A stretch of 64,000 nucleotides of DNA from an uncultured Phycisphaerales bacterium (GTDB taxonomy: Bacteria > Planctomycetota > Phycisphaerae > Tepidisphaerales > Tepidisphaeraceae), in assembly GCA_963758525.1 (NCBI GenBank), contig CAVWVQ010000003.1, forward strand, positions 1,024,001-1,088,000, in the 5' to 3' direction. Positions 49,870-60,252 of the stretch are shown here, piece by piece. The position numbers and the translations under genes were made by a program. The number at the start of each line of letters is the position of its first letter. Positions within the stretch are counted from its first letter, which is position 1. The notes beneath the pieces are model-generated. The model worked only from the letters and a program-made list of their open reading frames with translations. It was not told the origin of the DNA and made no database searches.

Positions 49870-49981
49870 TGTACGCCGACTCCGGCCCGAGCGTTGGCAT
49901 TCCAGTGTTCCACCCCATTCTGTCGTCCCCGGTTGTCACGCGGCACGGGCGTCTCCGCCGGTCCAAACCTGTCTTTGGCGT

Positions 49982-50503
49982 TCAACGCTGAAGCGTGAAC
50001 TCGTCACGGATACTTGTGAACATTGCGAGCTTCTCGGGCGGCGGGGCAGAGCCGCCGAAGGTGAGGAATACCTTGAATGCGGAGGTGCCGCTCCGGTCGT
50101 AGAACTGAAAACTGAGCGTGTTCACGCCGTCCATGTGGCCGGGTTTCTCAACTGCGAACACGCCAGCCAGTTGCTGATGGCGGATGTGCATGTCAAGCGT
50201 CTTGGTTTGGACATTGAAGTATTCGCCGAACGTGCTGAAGTTCCCGAACTGGCCAAAGCATTCCAGCGTCACGGCCCCGTTTGTGGCGATGACGTGCACC
50301 TGTCCAAGCAACTCAAAACGGCGAATCAACTCCTCCCACCGCAACATGTCCAGTTCCACCGCATGTCCGGCTGGCAGGCAACGGATTACCTCGACTTCGC
50401 TCACGCCGAGCTCGCGGGCCACTTGAACGGTCATCTTCCGGCGATTGAGCTCGAGTGCCTTGCGGATACGTTCGATGGTCTGCTCTTGAGCGGCTTGCGA
50501 CAT
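49982..50503 (-). CDS. hutX: HutX/ChuX heme utilization carrier protein
   Basis: VARELGVSEVEVIRCLP, EYFNV, DMHI, VEKP and SFQFYD..G..AFKVFL motifs. Confidence 0.8.
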   Translation of the reverse strand: MSQAAQEQTIERIRKALELNRRKMTVQVARELGVSEVEVIRCLPAGHAVELDMLRWEELIRRFELLGQVHVIATNGAVTLECFGQFGNFSTFGEYFNVQTKTLDMHIRHQQLAGVFAVEKPGHMDGVNTLSFQFYDRSGTSAFKVFLTFGGSAPPPEKLAMFTSIRDEFTLQR

Positions 50504-50790
50504 GAACTCCAGCTTAAACCCCCGTGCACACCACACCAACTGTGGCCGATGTAATCATGTTGTTGGCGACACGTTCATACAGCGGCTGACGATCACTCAT
50601 CTTCGGCTGCCGCCCCCCGCTGTTTCGCGCATTGGTGGGCCGAAGTATCCCCGCGCTGCATGCTGTTGAAAGAGATTCTTCCGCGCAATTCGCGCTTTGA
50701 CGACTATCGGGTGGAGCACGACTTCATGCGCGGGGTTGGATTGACGGATTTGCCGTTCCATCCAGTTTCCTCTTCAGCGGCGACTGGCAC

Positions 50791-50808
50791 CATTACGCAT
50801 CTGTAATG
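50791..50808. promoter_or_regulatory. CATTAC-N6-GTAATG palindrome upstream of the moxR-bat operon
   Basis: Perfect 6-bp inverted repeat about 105 bp before the moxR ATG. Confidence 0.45.
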
Positions 50809-50911
50809 TTCCAGAAAGATTGCAGCCATCAGGCTGGTCTATTGTTTGACCAGTGCGAGCAACACCTGGGTTGCGGCATCGCGAGAAACTAACAGATAAG
50901 GACGCAGAACA

Positions 50912-52075
50912 ATGAACATCTGGAACAAGAAATCAGGCGGCGATGGAAATGGCGATGGTGCTGCGAACCATAGTGCGGCGGTCGCCGTACGCAACGCGCC
51001 ACAGGACAATCACGCAACCGGCACGTCAGTGTCCCCGGCGGCCACGCGATGGACTTCGGCGGCGCCGCGCACGGAATACGCCGGTCGCAACGTCAGCATC
51101 CAGGCCATCAATGAATCGGTGGCGCAGACTTCGGCCTGGGTGCGGCCGCTTCAACACGAAATCAGCCGGGTGATCGTCGGTCAGCAACACCTGATCGACC
51201 GGCTGCTCATCGGATTGGTCGGCAACGGACATCTCCTGCTCGAAGGTGTGCCGGGCCTGGCCAAGACGCTGTCGCTGAAAACACTCGCTGCCGCCTCGCA
51301 CATGAAGTTTCAGCGGCTGCAGTTCACACCGGACATGCTGCCCGCCGACATCGTGGGCACCATGATTTACAACCCGCGCGAGGGATCGTTCCACACCAAG
51401 CACGGCCCGGTCTTCGCCAATCTGGTGTTGGCCGACGAGATCAATCGCGCGCCGGCCAAGGTGCAAAGCGCGTTATTGGAGGCGATGCAGGAGCGCCAGG
51501 TCACGCTTGGCGACGAAACGTACAAGCTGCCCGATCCCTTCCTGGTGATGGCCACGCAGAACCCGCTCGAGCACGAGGGAACCTACCCGCTGCCCGAAGC
51601 ACAGGTCGACCGGTTCATGCTCAAGATCATCGTCGATTATCCGAATCGCACCGAGGAAAGGGCGATTCTCGACACGATGGCCAGCACCGAACCCAAGTTC
51701 GAGGTCGCCCCGGTCGTGACCGTCGACGACGTCATCCGCGCCCGCCACGTGGTCAACACGATCTATGTCGACGACAAGGTGAAGGACTACATCGTTGATC
51801 TGGTGCTGGCGACGCGCGATCCGCAGGGGCACGGCGTGGATCTCAACGGATACATTGAAAACGGGGCTTCACCGCGGGCGACGATCAATCTCACGGTGGC
51901 GGCGCGCGCCTCGGCGTTCCTCCAGGGCCGCGGCTACGTCACGCCGCAGGATGTGAAGGATCTCGCGCTCGACGTGCTGCGGCATCGGGTGATGGTCAGT
52001 TACGAGGCCGAGGCGGAAAACATTAGTTCCCAGGACATCATCCAGAAGATTCTGGAAACGCTGCCCGTGCCATGA
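50912..52075 (+). CDS. moxR: MoxR-family AAA+ ATPase
   Basis: LEGVPGLAKT, QFTPDMLPAD, LADEINRAPAKVQSALLEAMQE and GTYPLPEAQVDRF motifs. Confidence 0.95.
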   Translation: MNIWNKKSGGDGNGDGAANHSAAVAVRNAPQDNHATGTSVSPAATRWTSAAPRTEYAGRNVSIQAINESVAQTSAWVRPLQHEISRVIVGQQHLIDRLLIGLVGNGHLLLEGVPGLAKTLSLKTLAAASHMKFQRLQFTPDMLPADIVGTMIYNPREGSFHTKHGPVFANLVLADEINRAPAKVQSALLEAMQERQVTLGDETYKLPDPFLVMATQNPLEHEGTYPLPEAQVDRFMLKIIVDYPNRTEERAILDTMASTEPKFEVAPVVTVDDVIRARHVVNTIYVDDKVKDYIVDLVLATRDPQGHGVDLNGYIENGASPRATINLTVAARASAFLQGRGYVTPQDVKDLALDVLRHRVMVSYEAEAENISSQDIIQKILETLPVP

Positions 52076-52104
52076 AACGCGCGGGCAATGAGCAAGGAGA
52101 TGCC

Positions 52105-53016
52105 ATGAACTCTGATCAAACCCGCGAGATCCTGAAGAAGGTTCGCCAGATTGCAATTCGCACCAACCGGCTCGTCACCGATTCGATGGCCGGCGAATAC
52201 CATTCGGTCTTTCGTGGCCGGGGCATGGACTTCGACGAAGTCCGGGAGTACGTCCCCGGCGACGAGGTGCGGACGATTGACTGGAATGTGACGGCTCGCG
52301 CCGGTCGGCCATTCGTAAAGAAATTCACCGAGGAACGCGAGCTGACGATTCTGCTGCTGGTGGACCTCAGCGCCTCCGGCAACTTCGGATCGACGCATCA
52401 GAGCAAGCGCGAGCTGGCCGCGGAGCTGGCGAGCGTTCTTGCCTTCTCCGCCATCCGCAATGGCGACAAGGTCGGGTTGATCCTCTTCACCGACCAGATC
52501 GAGCAATTCATTCCCCCCAAAAAAGGCCGCCGTCACGTTTTGCGTGTGATACGCGAAATTCTCTACTTTCAGCCGCAGCAACGCGGCACGAACGTGGCGC
52601 AAGCGTTGGACTTTGCGAACAGTGTCACGTCGCGCCGCGCGGTGGTGTTTCTGATTTCCGATTTTCAATCCAGCGGGAATCAGCGCGCCGCGTTAAGCGT
52701 GCTTCGGCGTGCGATGCGACAGACGCGTCAACGGCACGATCTGGTGGCAGTGCGGATCCAAGACCCGCACGAAGCCAGGCTGCCCGAGGTCGGGCTGCTC
52801 GCCATGGAGGACGCCGAGACGGGGGAACTGATCGAACTCGACACGCTGAATCCGCAGGTCCGGGCGCAGTTTCAACTGGACGCTCAGGAACGTCTCACTG
52901 AACTGCGGCGGACCTTCAACGGCGAGGCGGTTGACTCGCTGGAACTGATCGCGGGTGAACCGTATGTGCCAGCGCTCAAGCGATTCTTCGAAACCCGCGC
53001 AGGGAGACAACAATGA
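52105..53016 (+). CDS. DUF58 (VWA-like) protein
   Basis: GEYHSVFRGRGMDFDEVREYVPGDEVRTIDWNVTAR, DLSAS and ISDF motifs; AAGGAG RBS. Confidence 0.93.
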   Translation: MNSDQTREILKKVRQIAIRTNRLVTDSMAGEYHSVFRGRGMDFDEVREYVPGDEVRTIDWNVTARAGRPFVKKFTEERELTILLLVDLSASGNFGSTHQSKRELAAELASVLAFSAIRNGDKVGLILFTDQIEQFIPPKKGRRHVLRVIREILYFQPQQRGTNVAQALDFANSVTSRRAVVFLISDFQSSGNQRAALSVLRRAMRQTRQRHDLVAVRIQDPHEARLPEVGLLAMEDAETGELIELDTLNPQVRAQFQLDAQERLTELRRTFNGEAVDSLELIAGEPYVPALKRFFETRAGRQQ

Positions 53017-53719
53017 GACATGGGAAACCATTCAGGCGCGCGGCCAACAGGCTGGCGGCGATGATCGTGTTGCTGGGCATCAGCGGTGGACTGGCGCGGC
53101 GCAATCGCCGGCGCCGCCAGCCACTCCGGCAGTCCGGGCAACGGCGTCAAACCCGGCAGCCGCTGCTCAGGAAGACATCCGCGACATTCGGCCGCCGATT
53201 CACATTCCCTACGGCTGGCTGTGGGCTGCTTATGCCGCCGGCGGATTCGCGCTGGCCGGGCTGACCCTTGCGGCCTGGCGCTGGCATCAGCGGCATGGCC
53301 AATCGCGCCGCAGGCTTCTGTACGAATTGACCCTCGAGCAGCTCGAAGTGGTCCGCGCTCTCATGGAGCCGGGCAAGGGGTATCAGTTCTCCCTTGCCGT
53401 CTCGGAGATTGTCCGCAATTACATCGAGCGACGCTTCGGGGCGCGGGCAGCGCATCGGACTACGGAGGAGTTCCTCCACGACCTGTTAGACGAGTCCCAC
53501 GCCGCGATCTCGGTGCATCAGCCGTTGCTGGCGGATTTCCTGGAGCACTGCGACCTGGCCAAATTCGCGCGCTGGCACCTCTCTGTCCCGCAGATGGAGA
53601 CGATGTACCAAAGCGCCCGCACGTTTGTCATGGAAACTGGTAAACCCGCTGCCGCGGTGGTCGCCGCGACATCCGCGACGGCCCCCGAAGCACTCCTCAC
53701 CGAGCCGAGATCAATATGA
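53013..53719 (+). CDS. Bat-operon membrane protein (DUF4381-like); apparent frameshift near 53095
   Basis: ATG overlapping the DUF58 stop gives a signal/TM segment. A second frame gives EDIRDIRPPI, VRNYIERRF...TTEEFL and CDLAKFA. Confidence 0.75.
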
Positions 53720-54713
53720 TTCGCTTTCTCTATCCGCACCTGTTGTGGCTGCTCACGCTATTGCCGTTGCTCATGCTTTGGCGCGGTCGCCGGGGGCCGG
53801 TCGCGGCAGTCGAGTATTCCAATGCCGACCTGGCCCGCCAGGTGAAACGCGAAACGCGCAGCCGTGCCGGCCGCTGGTTGGTGGCACTCCCGCTCGGCGT
53901 GTCGGCGCTGCTGATCATCGGCCTGGCGCGGCCGCAGTTTGGCCGTCGCGACGCGACGGTGCGCGCCAGCGGCATCGACATGATGCTGGCGCTGGACGTG
54001 TCGGGCTCGATGCAGTCGCTGGATTTCAAGGTCGATGGGCAGCCGGTGAGCCGCGTCGATGTCGTCAAATCCGTCGTGGGCAAATTCATCGAGGCGCGCC
54101 CCGATGACCGGATTGGCATGATCGAGTTCGCGCATTCTCCGTATCTCGTCTGCCCGTTGACGCTCGATCACGACTGGCTGTTGCGAAATCTCGACCGCGT
54201 TCAGATCGGCGGCATCGATGACGGCACCGCGATCGGGTCGGGGATCGCCGCGTGCGTGAATCGTTTGCGCGATCAACCCGGGAAATCAAAAGTGGTTGTG
54301 CTGTTGACCGACGGCCAGAACAACTGCGGCAAAGTATCGCCTGTCATGGCCGCCGAAGCCGCCAAAGCGCTCGGCGTCAAAGTGTACACCATCGGCGCCG
54401 GCGTGCGCGGCGAAGCGCCCATGCCGGTCACCGATTCGGACGGCAACAAACGGATTGTCATGATCCAGACGGACGTGGACGAGAAGGCGCTGCAGGAAAT
54501 TGCCGCCGAGACGGGCGGGAAATTCTTCCGGGCTACGGACACGGCTTCGCTGAAGAACATCTATGGCGAGATCGATCGGCTCGAAAAGACCACGCACACG
54601 TTGAAGAAATTCGAAGCTCAGCGCGAGCTGTTCCCGTGGCGCTGGTGCCCGCGCTCTGTCTGCTCGGCGCGAGCATCGCCCTGACACAGACCCGATTCCG
54701 CAGGCTGCCATAA
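53716..54713 (+). CDS. batA: BatA VWA protein; apparent frameshift near 54640
   Basis: LARPQ, DVSGSM MIDAS, GTAIGSG, LLTDGQNN and TGGKFFRATD. The C-terminal TM ending TRFRRLP* is in another frame. Confidence 0.88.
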
Positions 54714-54745
54714 ACAAGCACGCAAAACACAACCCTGGTGACATT

Positions 54746-56869
54746 ATGAACTTTGCCCAACCTCTCTGGCTCATCGCGGGTCTCGCCGCCTGCACCTTTC
54801 TCTGGTGGCGGTATCGCCGGTTCGACCGGAAACAACACGTGGCACTGACCACGTTTGTCTCCCCGCACTTGCTCGACCAACTGGCGCACTCGGTATCGTC
54901 AGGACGCCGGACGCTGAAACATGCGCTGGTCATCGGAGGCGTCGCCTGCACGTTCATCGCGCTGGCGCGGCCGCAGGCGGGTTATCGCTGGGAAGAAACG
55001 CACCGCAAAGGCCTCGACATCATGTTCGCCGTCGATACGTCCAGGAGCATGCTCACGCAGGACGTGAAGCCCGACCGGCTGACGCGCGCCAAGATGGCCG
55101 TCGACGACCTCGTCAACAAACTGGACGGCGATGACGTGGGCCTGATCGCGTTCGCCGGCGACGCTTTCCTGCAAAGCCCGATGACCCTGGACTATGACGC
55201 CTTCCGAGAATCACTCGACGCGCTCGACACTTCCACCATCCCGCGCGGCGGCACCGACATCGCCCGCGCCATCGGCGAAGCCCAGGCGGCGTTCCAGACA
55301 GAAAACGATCACGACAAAATCCTCGTGCTGGTCACCGATGGCGAAGATCTCCAAGGCAGCGGCATCACCGCCGCCGAGGCCGCGGCGAAGAATGGCGTGA
55401 AGATCTTCACCGTTGGCGTCGGCACCACGGCTGGCGAGCTGATTCCCGCGCCGGCCGAAAACGGCGGGACGGAGTTCCTCAGAGATGCATCCGGCCAGTT
55501 CGTGAAATCGAGGCTCGATGAAACAATGCTCAAGAAAATCGCCGCGGTGACCGGCGGAATGTACCAGCCGCTCGGCCAGCGGGGCGAGGGATTGACGACG
55601 ATTTACAATCAGGGGCTCGCGCCCTTCCAGCGACACGATCTCGCGTCGCGTCAGCACCGCGTTCCTCTCGAACGGTTCCAGTGGCCATTGGCCGCGGCAT
55701 TGTGCTGCTTCCTGGCCGAGTTCCTCATCGGCACACGCAAACGAGTGCGGCGCGCTGCGGCGGCACCGGCGTCGGGCAAAGCGGCTCGCTTCGCCCAACG
55801 CCGACCAAAACTCGCCGTGTCGGCTGCGGCTGCCGCGCTGGCTCTGACAATCTTCGCATGGCCGGGTTTTGTGCAGGCGTCGCCACAGAGCGCGGAAAAG
55901 GCGTATCAGAAGGGGGACTTTGCTGCGGCGGAGCAGCAATACCAGGCTGCGGCTGTAAAGGCGCCGAGCAATGCGGAGTTGGAATTCAACATCGGATCGG
56001 CCGCTTACAAGGCAGCGAGTTTCGACAAGGCCGCCGAAGCGTTTCAGAAGAGCCTGAAGACGGATCAGGTCAATCTTCAGCAGAGCACGTACTACAACCT
56101 CGGCAATACCCAGTACCGCCAGGGCCAGCAGACGGAGAAGACCAATCCGCAACAAACCATGACGAGCTGGCAGCAGGCGATCCAGTCATACGAAGCCGCG
56201 CTGCAACTCAAACCTGATGACGCCGATGCTCGCTACAACCGCGACCTCGTGAAGAGGAAGCTCGAAAAACTGCAACAACAACAACAGCAGCAGCAGAGCA
56301 AAGACAACAAGGACCAAAAGGATAAGGACCAAAAGAACCAGGATCAGAAAAACCAGGGTCAGGCGAAACAAGATCAGGAGAATCCAGATCAGAAGGGCCA
56401 GGATCAGAAGAATCAGGACCAGGCGAAGCAGAATCAGAAAGGTCAAGGCCAGCAGAGCCAAGGCCAGGCGAAACAAGAGCAGAAGGGCCAGGACCAGAAG
56501 AATCAGGGTCAAGCAAAGCAGGACCAGAAGAGTCAGGATCAGAAGAATCAAGGGCAACAGCAACAGGCGGGCGCCCAGCCGCAGCAACCGAAGCCGGATG
56601 CGGGCAAGGATCAATCCGGTCAGCAAGCCAGGGCCGGCCAGCAACCCCAGTCGCCTAAGCCGAACGGACAGGATCAGGCCAGTGCTGAACCGAAGAAACC
56701 CAGTTCAGACGCATCAGCCGACGCCCAGCCTGTTCCCGGTCAGATGACCCGCGAAGAAGCCAAGGCCCTGCTCAACTCGCTGAAGGGGGACGAACACCGG
56801 TTGCCCGCCGCGCCGCTCGGCCGCAACGAGTCAAAGGACGACAGCGCACCGCCTTTGAAAGATTGGTAA
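54746..56869 (+). CDS. batB: BatB-BatC fusion (VWA + TPR + Gln-rich linker)
   Basis: DTSRSM, PDRLTRAK and VTDGED; TPRs (YYNLGNTQY); Q/K/D-rich repeats; and the BatC-type end MTREEAKALL...KDW. Confidence 0.88.
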   Translation: MNFAQPLWLIAGLAACTFLWWRYRRFDRKQHVALTTFVSPHLLDQLAHSVSSGRRTLKHALVIGGVACTFIALARPQAGYRWEETHRKGLDIMFAVDTSRSMLTQDVKPDRLTRAKMAVDDLVNKLDGDDVGLIAFAGDAFLQSPMTLDYDAFRESLDALDTSTIPRGGTDIARAIGEAQAAFQTENDHDKILVLVTDGEDLQGSGITAAEAAAKNGVKIFTVGVGTTAGELIPAPAENGGTEFLRDASGQFVKSRLDETMLKKIAAVTGGMYQPLGQRGEGLTTIYNQGLAPFQRHDLASRQHRVPLERFQWPLAAALCCFLAEFLIGTRKRVRRAAAAPASGKAARFAQRRPKLAVSAAAAALALTIFAWPGFVQASPQSAEKAYQKGDFAAAEQQYQAAAVKAPSNAELEFNIGSAAYKAASFDKAAEAFQKSLKTDQVNLQQSTYYNLGNTQYRQGQQTEKTNPQQTMTSWQQAIQSYEAALQLKPDDADARYNRDLVKRKLEKLQQQQQQQQSKDNKDQKDKDQKNQDQKNQGQAKQDQENPDQKGQDQKNQDQAKQNQKGQGQQSQGQAKQEQKGQDQKNQGQAKQDQKSQDQKNQGQQQQAGAQPQQPKPDAGKDQSGQQARAGQQPQSPKPNGQDQASAEPKKPSSDASADAQPVPGQMTREEAKALLNSLKGDEHRLPAAPLGRNESKDDSAPPLKDW

Positions 56870-56871
56870 CC

Positions 56872-58722
56872 ATGAACGCCACACTCACTCGCACTCTCCA
56901 ATGCATCGCAGCGTTCGCGGTGATGACCGCGTTCGCTCTTCCGGCCCTGGCCGCGAACCCGCCCGTTAGCGCCACGCTCGAGCCGTCGCATGTGGCGGTC
57001 GGCGAATCCGCACAGCTGACGGTCACCATGAGCGGCGCGACTGCCGATGAACCCGCACTCCCTCATGTGGATGGACTGGAGTTTACTCCGATGGGGCAAA
57101 CGAGCGAGACACAGTCCATCAACGGCGTCGTCACCGCCAGCAGCAGCTACACGTATCTGGTCACCGCCAACCGCGCGGGGCGATTTACGATTCCCTCGAT
57201 AAAGATCGGTCAGGGGAGCGCCGCCGAGACCACTCAGCCGATCGTCTTGCAAGTCACGGGGGCAGGCTCGGCCACCGCGCCGCACGCGGGTCGCCACGCG
57301 CTGCCGGCACTTCCGTCCCCCAACGTTCCGGGCGGCGAGGATGATCGTGCCGTTTCCGCCGAAGGACAACAGGCCTTTCTGCATCTCGTGATGCCCAAAC
57401 GCCATTTGCACGTTGGCGAACTCTTGCCGGTGCAGATCAAGGCGTACTTCCGCGACGGTTTGCAAGCCACGATCAATGGCTTGCCCTCGCTCAGCAGCGA
57501 CGCGTTCACCTTGAACTCGCTCGGTGACAAGCCCGCCCAGACAGAGGAGGAGATTGACGGTCAGCAATACGCTGTGCTGACCTGGACCACGGCTCTTTCC
57601 GCCGTAAAAGCGGGCGATTACTCGCTGAAACTGGAGATGCCTGTGCTATTGACTGTCAGGCAGAAGGCGAGCAGGCCGCGCGATCCATTTGGCGATTCGT
57701 TATTTGATGATTCGTTCTTCGACAACTTCTTCGGGAACACCGTCCAGAAACAGATGAACTTGACCAGCGAGGCGGACACCGTAAGTGTCCACTCGCTGCC
57801 CTTAGCCAATCGGCCCGCCGATTTCAGCGGCGCGGTGGGGCAATTTACCGTCGCGGCTGAAGCGAGCCCCGACCACGTGAGCGCCGGCGACCCGATCACA
57901 CTGCGCCTGACCGTCGCCGGCCGGGGAAATTTCGATCGGGTTTCCTCGGACTTGCTCCGCAATTCATCCGGCTGGAAAACGTACAAGCCCGTCGCACGAT
58001 TTGCGCCAGCCGACAGCGTTGGCTCCGAAGGAAGTAAAACGTTTGAGCAGGCGGTCGTGCCGTTGCAAGCGGGCCAGATCCAGATCCCGCCGCTGAGCTT
58101 CAGTTATTTCGATCCGGAAACGGCCAGGTATGTGAAACGCACCACCGCGCCCATTGCGATCGAGGTCGCGCAGGTCGCGAACGCGTCGGCCGCCGCACCA
58201 TCTGCCGCGGCGCCCGCCAGCCTGGTGCAATCAGAGTTCTCACCCAATCGCGTTGAACCGGGAGTGTTTACTCCCACGCTTCGGCCGCTGTTTTTGCAGA
58301 CGTGGTTTCTCGTCGCCAACCTCCTGGCCTGGTGCGGCCTGGCGACCGTCTTCTACCTTCTCCGCCGCCGCGCCCGGCTCGCGGCCAATCCTCACCTCGT
58401 TTGCGCGCGGCGGGCCGACCGTGCGATCCACGAGCAACTTGCGGTGATGGAATCAGCGATCCAGCACGCCCAGACCAACGTGTTCTTCGCTGCCGCCCGC
58501 CGCGCGTTGCAGCAGCGGCTTGGCGAACGGTGGGGGTTGCCCCCGGAAGCGATCACGCTGACCGAAATCAACGCACGCCTCAACGGTGAGGCCGACGGCA
58601 TCCGTCCCGTTTTCCAAATGGCCGACCAGGTTGCGTACAGCCATGAGAGTCTCCCCGCCGGCGACCTCGCGGGCTGGAAGCGCATCCTCACGGAACAACT
58701 CAAGCAACTGGAGAGTCTATGA
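56872..58722 (+). CDS. batD: BatD protein
   Basis: Signal peptide, SINGVV, PADFSGAVGQF, FSYFDPET and a C-terminal TM segment. Confidence 0.88.
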   Translation: MNATLTRTLQCIAAFAVMTAFALPALAANPPVSATLEPSHVAVGESAQLTVTMSGATADEPALPHVDGLEFTPMGQTSETQSINGVVTASSSYTYLVTANRAGRFTIPSIKIGQGSAAETTQPIVLQVTGAGSATAPHAGRHALPALPSPNVPGGEDDRAVSAEGQQAFLHLVMPKRHLHVGELLPVQIKAYFRDGLQATINGLPSLSSDAFTLNSLGDKPAQTEEEIDGQQYAVLTWTTALSAVKAGDYSLKLEMPVLLTVRQKASRPRDPFGDSLFDDSFFDNFFGNTVQKQMNLTSEADTVSVHSLPLANRPADFSGAVGQFTVAAEASPDHVSAGDPITLRLTVAGRGNFDRVSSDLLRNSSGWKTYKPVARFAPADSVGSEGSKTFEQAVVPLQAGQIQIPPLSFSYFDPETARYVKRTTAPIAIEVAQVANASAAAPSAAAPASLVQSEFSPNRVEPGVFTPTLRPLFLQTWFLVANLLAWCGLATVFYLLRRRARLAANPHLVCARRADRAIHEQLAVMESAIQHAQTNVFFAAARRALQQRLGERWGLPPEAITLTEINARLNGEADGIRPVFQMADQVAYSHESLPAGDLAGWKRILTEQLKQLESL

Positions 58723-59486
58723 AGCTCCCAACAATCATGGTGCCCTTGCTTGCGATGCTCATCGCCAGTTCGGCGGCGCGCGCAACGGAACAGCAAACGG
58801 CCTTTGAACAAGCCAACACGGCCTTCGCCCAGAAAGACTACGGCCGTGCAGCGAACGACTACCAGGCCATCATCACGCGGCAGGGATTCTCCGCGCCAGT
58901 GTTGTTCAATCTTGCCAACGCCTACTATCAGGACGGCAAGATCGGTCTGGCAATTCTGAACTACGAGCGCGCCCAGCTTCTCGCGCCGAACGACGCCGAC
59001 ATCGCCTTCAATCTCCATCTTGCCCGCGCCAAAGTTGGTCTGGCGGATCGTCCCGCGGCGTGGTTCGACCGTGCGGCGCGTTTTCTCACTCTTAACGCAT
59101 TGTCCTGGCTCGCTGCTTTCGCCGTGCTGTTCATCGCCGCCGGGATTGCGGCGCAGCAGTTCACCAGCCGCCGTCGGTTCGCCTGTGCGCAGGGGATGAC
59201 GGCAGCGGCTTGCGTGTTGCTGGCAACGGTCTTGGCCGTGGGCATCCGGTGGTCGGACCTGCGCAAGGCGATCGTCATCGTGAAGAACACGCCGGTATAC
59301 ATTTCACCGGTCACGGTCGCCCAGCCTTTGTACACATTGGCCGAGGGCCAGACGGTCGTGCTGGGCCAGGCGCACGGCGAATTCATGCTCGTCGAAACCA
59401 GTGACGGCCATCGCGGCTGGGTAAAACGCGCGGATATCAGCCGCCTCATCCCCGGGACGCACGAAGCGCAGATTGCGTCGACGTGA
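58719..59486 (+). CDS. batE: BatE (TPR + TM + SH3b)
   Basis: FNLANAYYQDGKIGLAILNYERAQLLAPND and C-terminal LAEG...GWV. Confidence 0.88.
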   Translation: MKLPTIMVPLLAMLIASSAARATEQQTAFEQANTAFAQKDYGRAANDYQAIITRQGFSAPVLFNLANAYYQDGKIGLAILNYERAQLLAPNDADIAFNLHLARAKVGLADRPAAWFDRAARFLTLNALSWLAAFAVLFIAAGIAAQQFTSRRRFACAQGMTAAACVLLATVLAVGIRWSDLRKAIVIVKNTPVYISPVTVAQPLYTLAEGQTVVLGQAHGEFMLVETSDGHRGWVKRADISRLIPGTHEAQIAST

Positions 59487-59583
59487 TGTCCCGTTCCGGC
59501 GACGCTGGTTCTGGAATACTTTTCACGCGGCAGTCCTGCGTGTCGTTGTTTGTGCAGCTCGAGTGATCTCTGATAATGGGCAT

Positions 59584-60252
59584 ATGCGCATTCTGGTGGT
59601 TGAGGACGATCCGCAAATCGCGTCATTTGTCGCGAAGGGACTGAAGCAGAGCGGCTACGCGGTTGACCAGTGCGGCGATGGAGACGAGGCGTTGGCGCTG
59701 GCCAAGACCACGGACTACGACGCGGCCGTCGTGGACATCATGCTGCCGAAGCTCGATGGCCTGAGTCTCGTGCAACGACTGCGACGCCAAAACAATTGTG
59801 TTCCCGTGCTCTTTCTCAGCGCCAAAGCGTCGGTGGACGACCGCGTGCGCGGATTACAGGCCGGCGGGGATGATTATCTCACCAAGCCCTTTGCGTTGTC
59901 GGAAATGCTGGCGCGGGTGCAGGCATTGATCCGACGCGCCACGCAGGTTGCCGAGCCGTCCAGGCTCACTGCAGGCGATCTGGTGCTGGATCTGCTGTCG
60001 CGGTCGGTGACGCGCGCACTCGAGACGATCGAACTGCAGCCGCGTGAGTTCGCGTTGCTCGAATACCTCATGCGCAACGCGGGGCGTCCGGTGACGAAGG
60101 CAATGATCCTTGAACATGTCTGGGATTACAGTTTCGATCCTCAAACCAACGTCGTCGACGTGCTCGTGCATCGGCTGCGCGGAAAGATCGATCCTGACAA
60201 AACCCGGCTGCACACTATTCGCGGGGTGGGGTATGTCCTCCGACCTGCTTAG
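59584..60252 (+). CDS. OmpR-family response regulator (CusR/heavy-metal type)
   Basis: MRILVVEDD, DIMLP, GGDDYLTKPF and EHVWDYSFDPQTNVVDVLVHRLR motifs. Confidence 0.93.
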   Translation: MRILVVEDDPQIASFVAKGLKQSGYAVDQCGDGDEALALAKTTDYDAAVVDIMLPKLDGLSLVQRLRRQNNCVPVLFLSAKASVDDRVRGLQAGGDDYLTKPFALSEMLARVQALIRRATQVAEPSRLTAGDLVLDLLSRSVTRALETIELQPREFALLEYLMRNAGRPVTKAMILEHVWDYSFDPQTNVVDVLVHRLRGKIDPDKTRLHTIRGVGYVLRPA

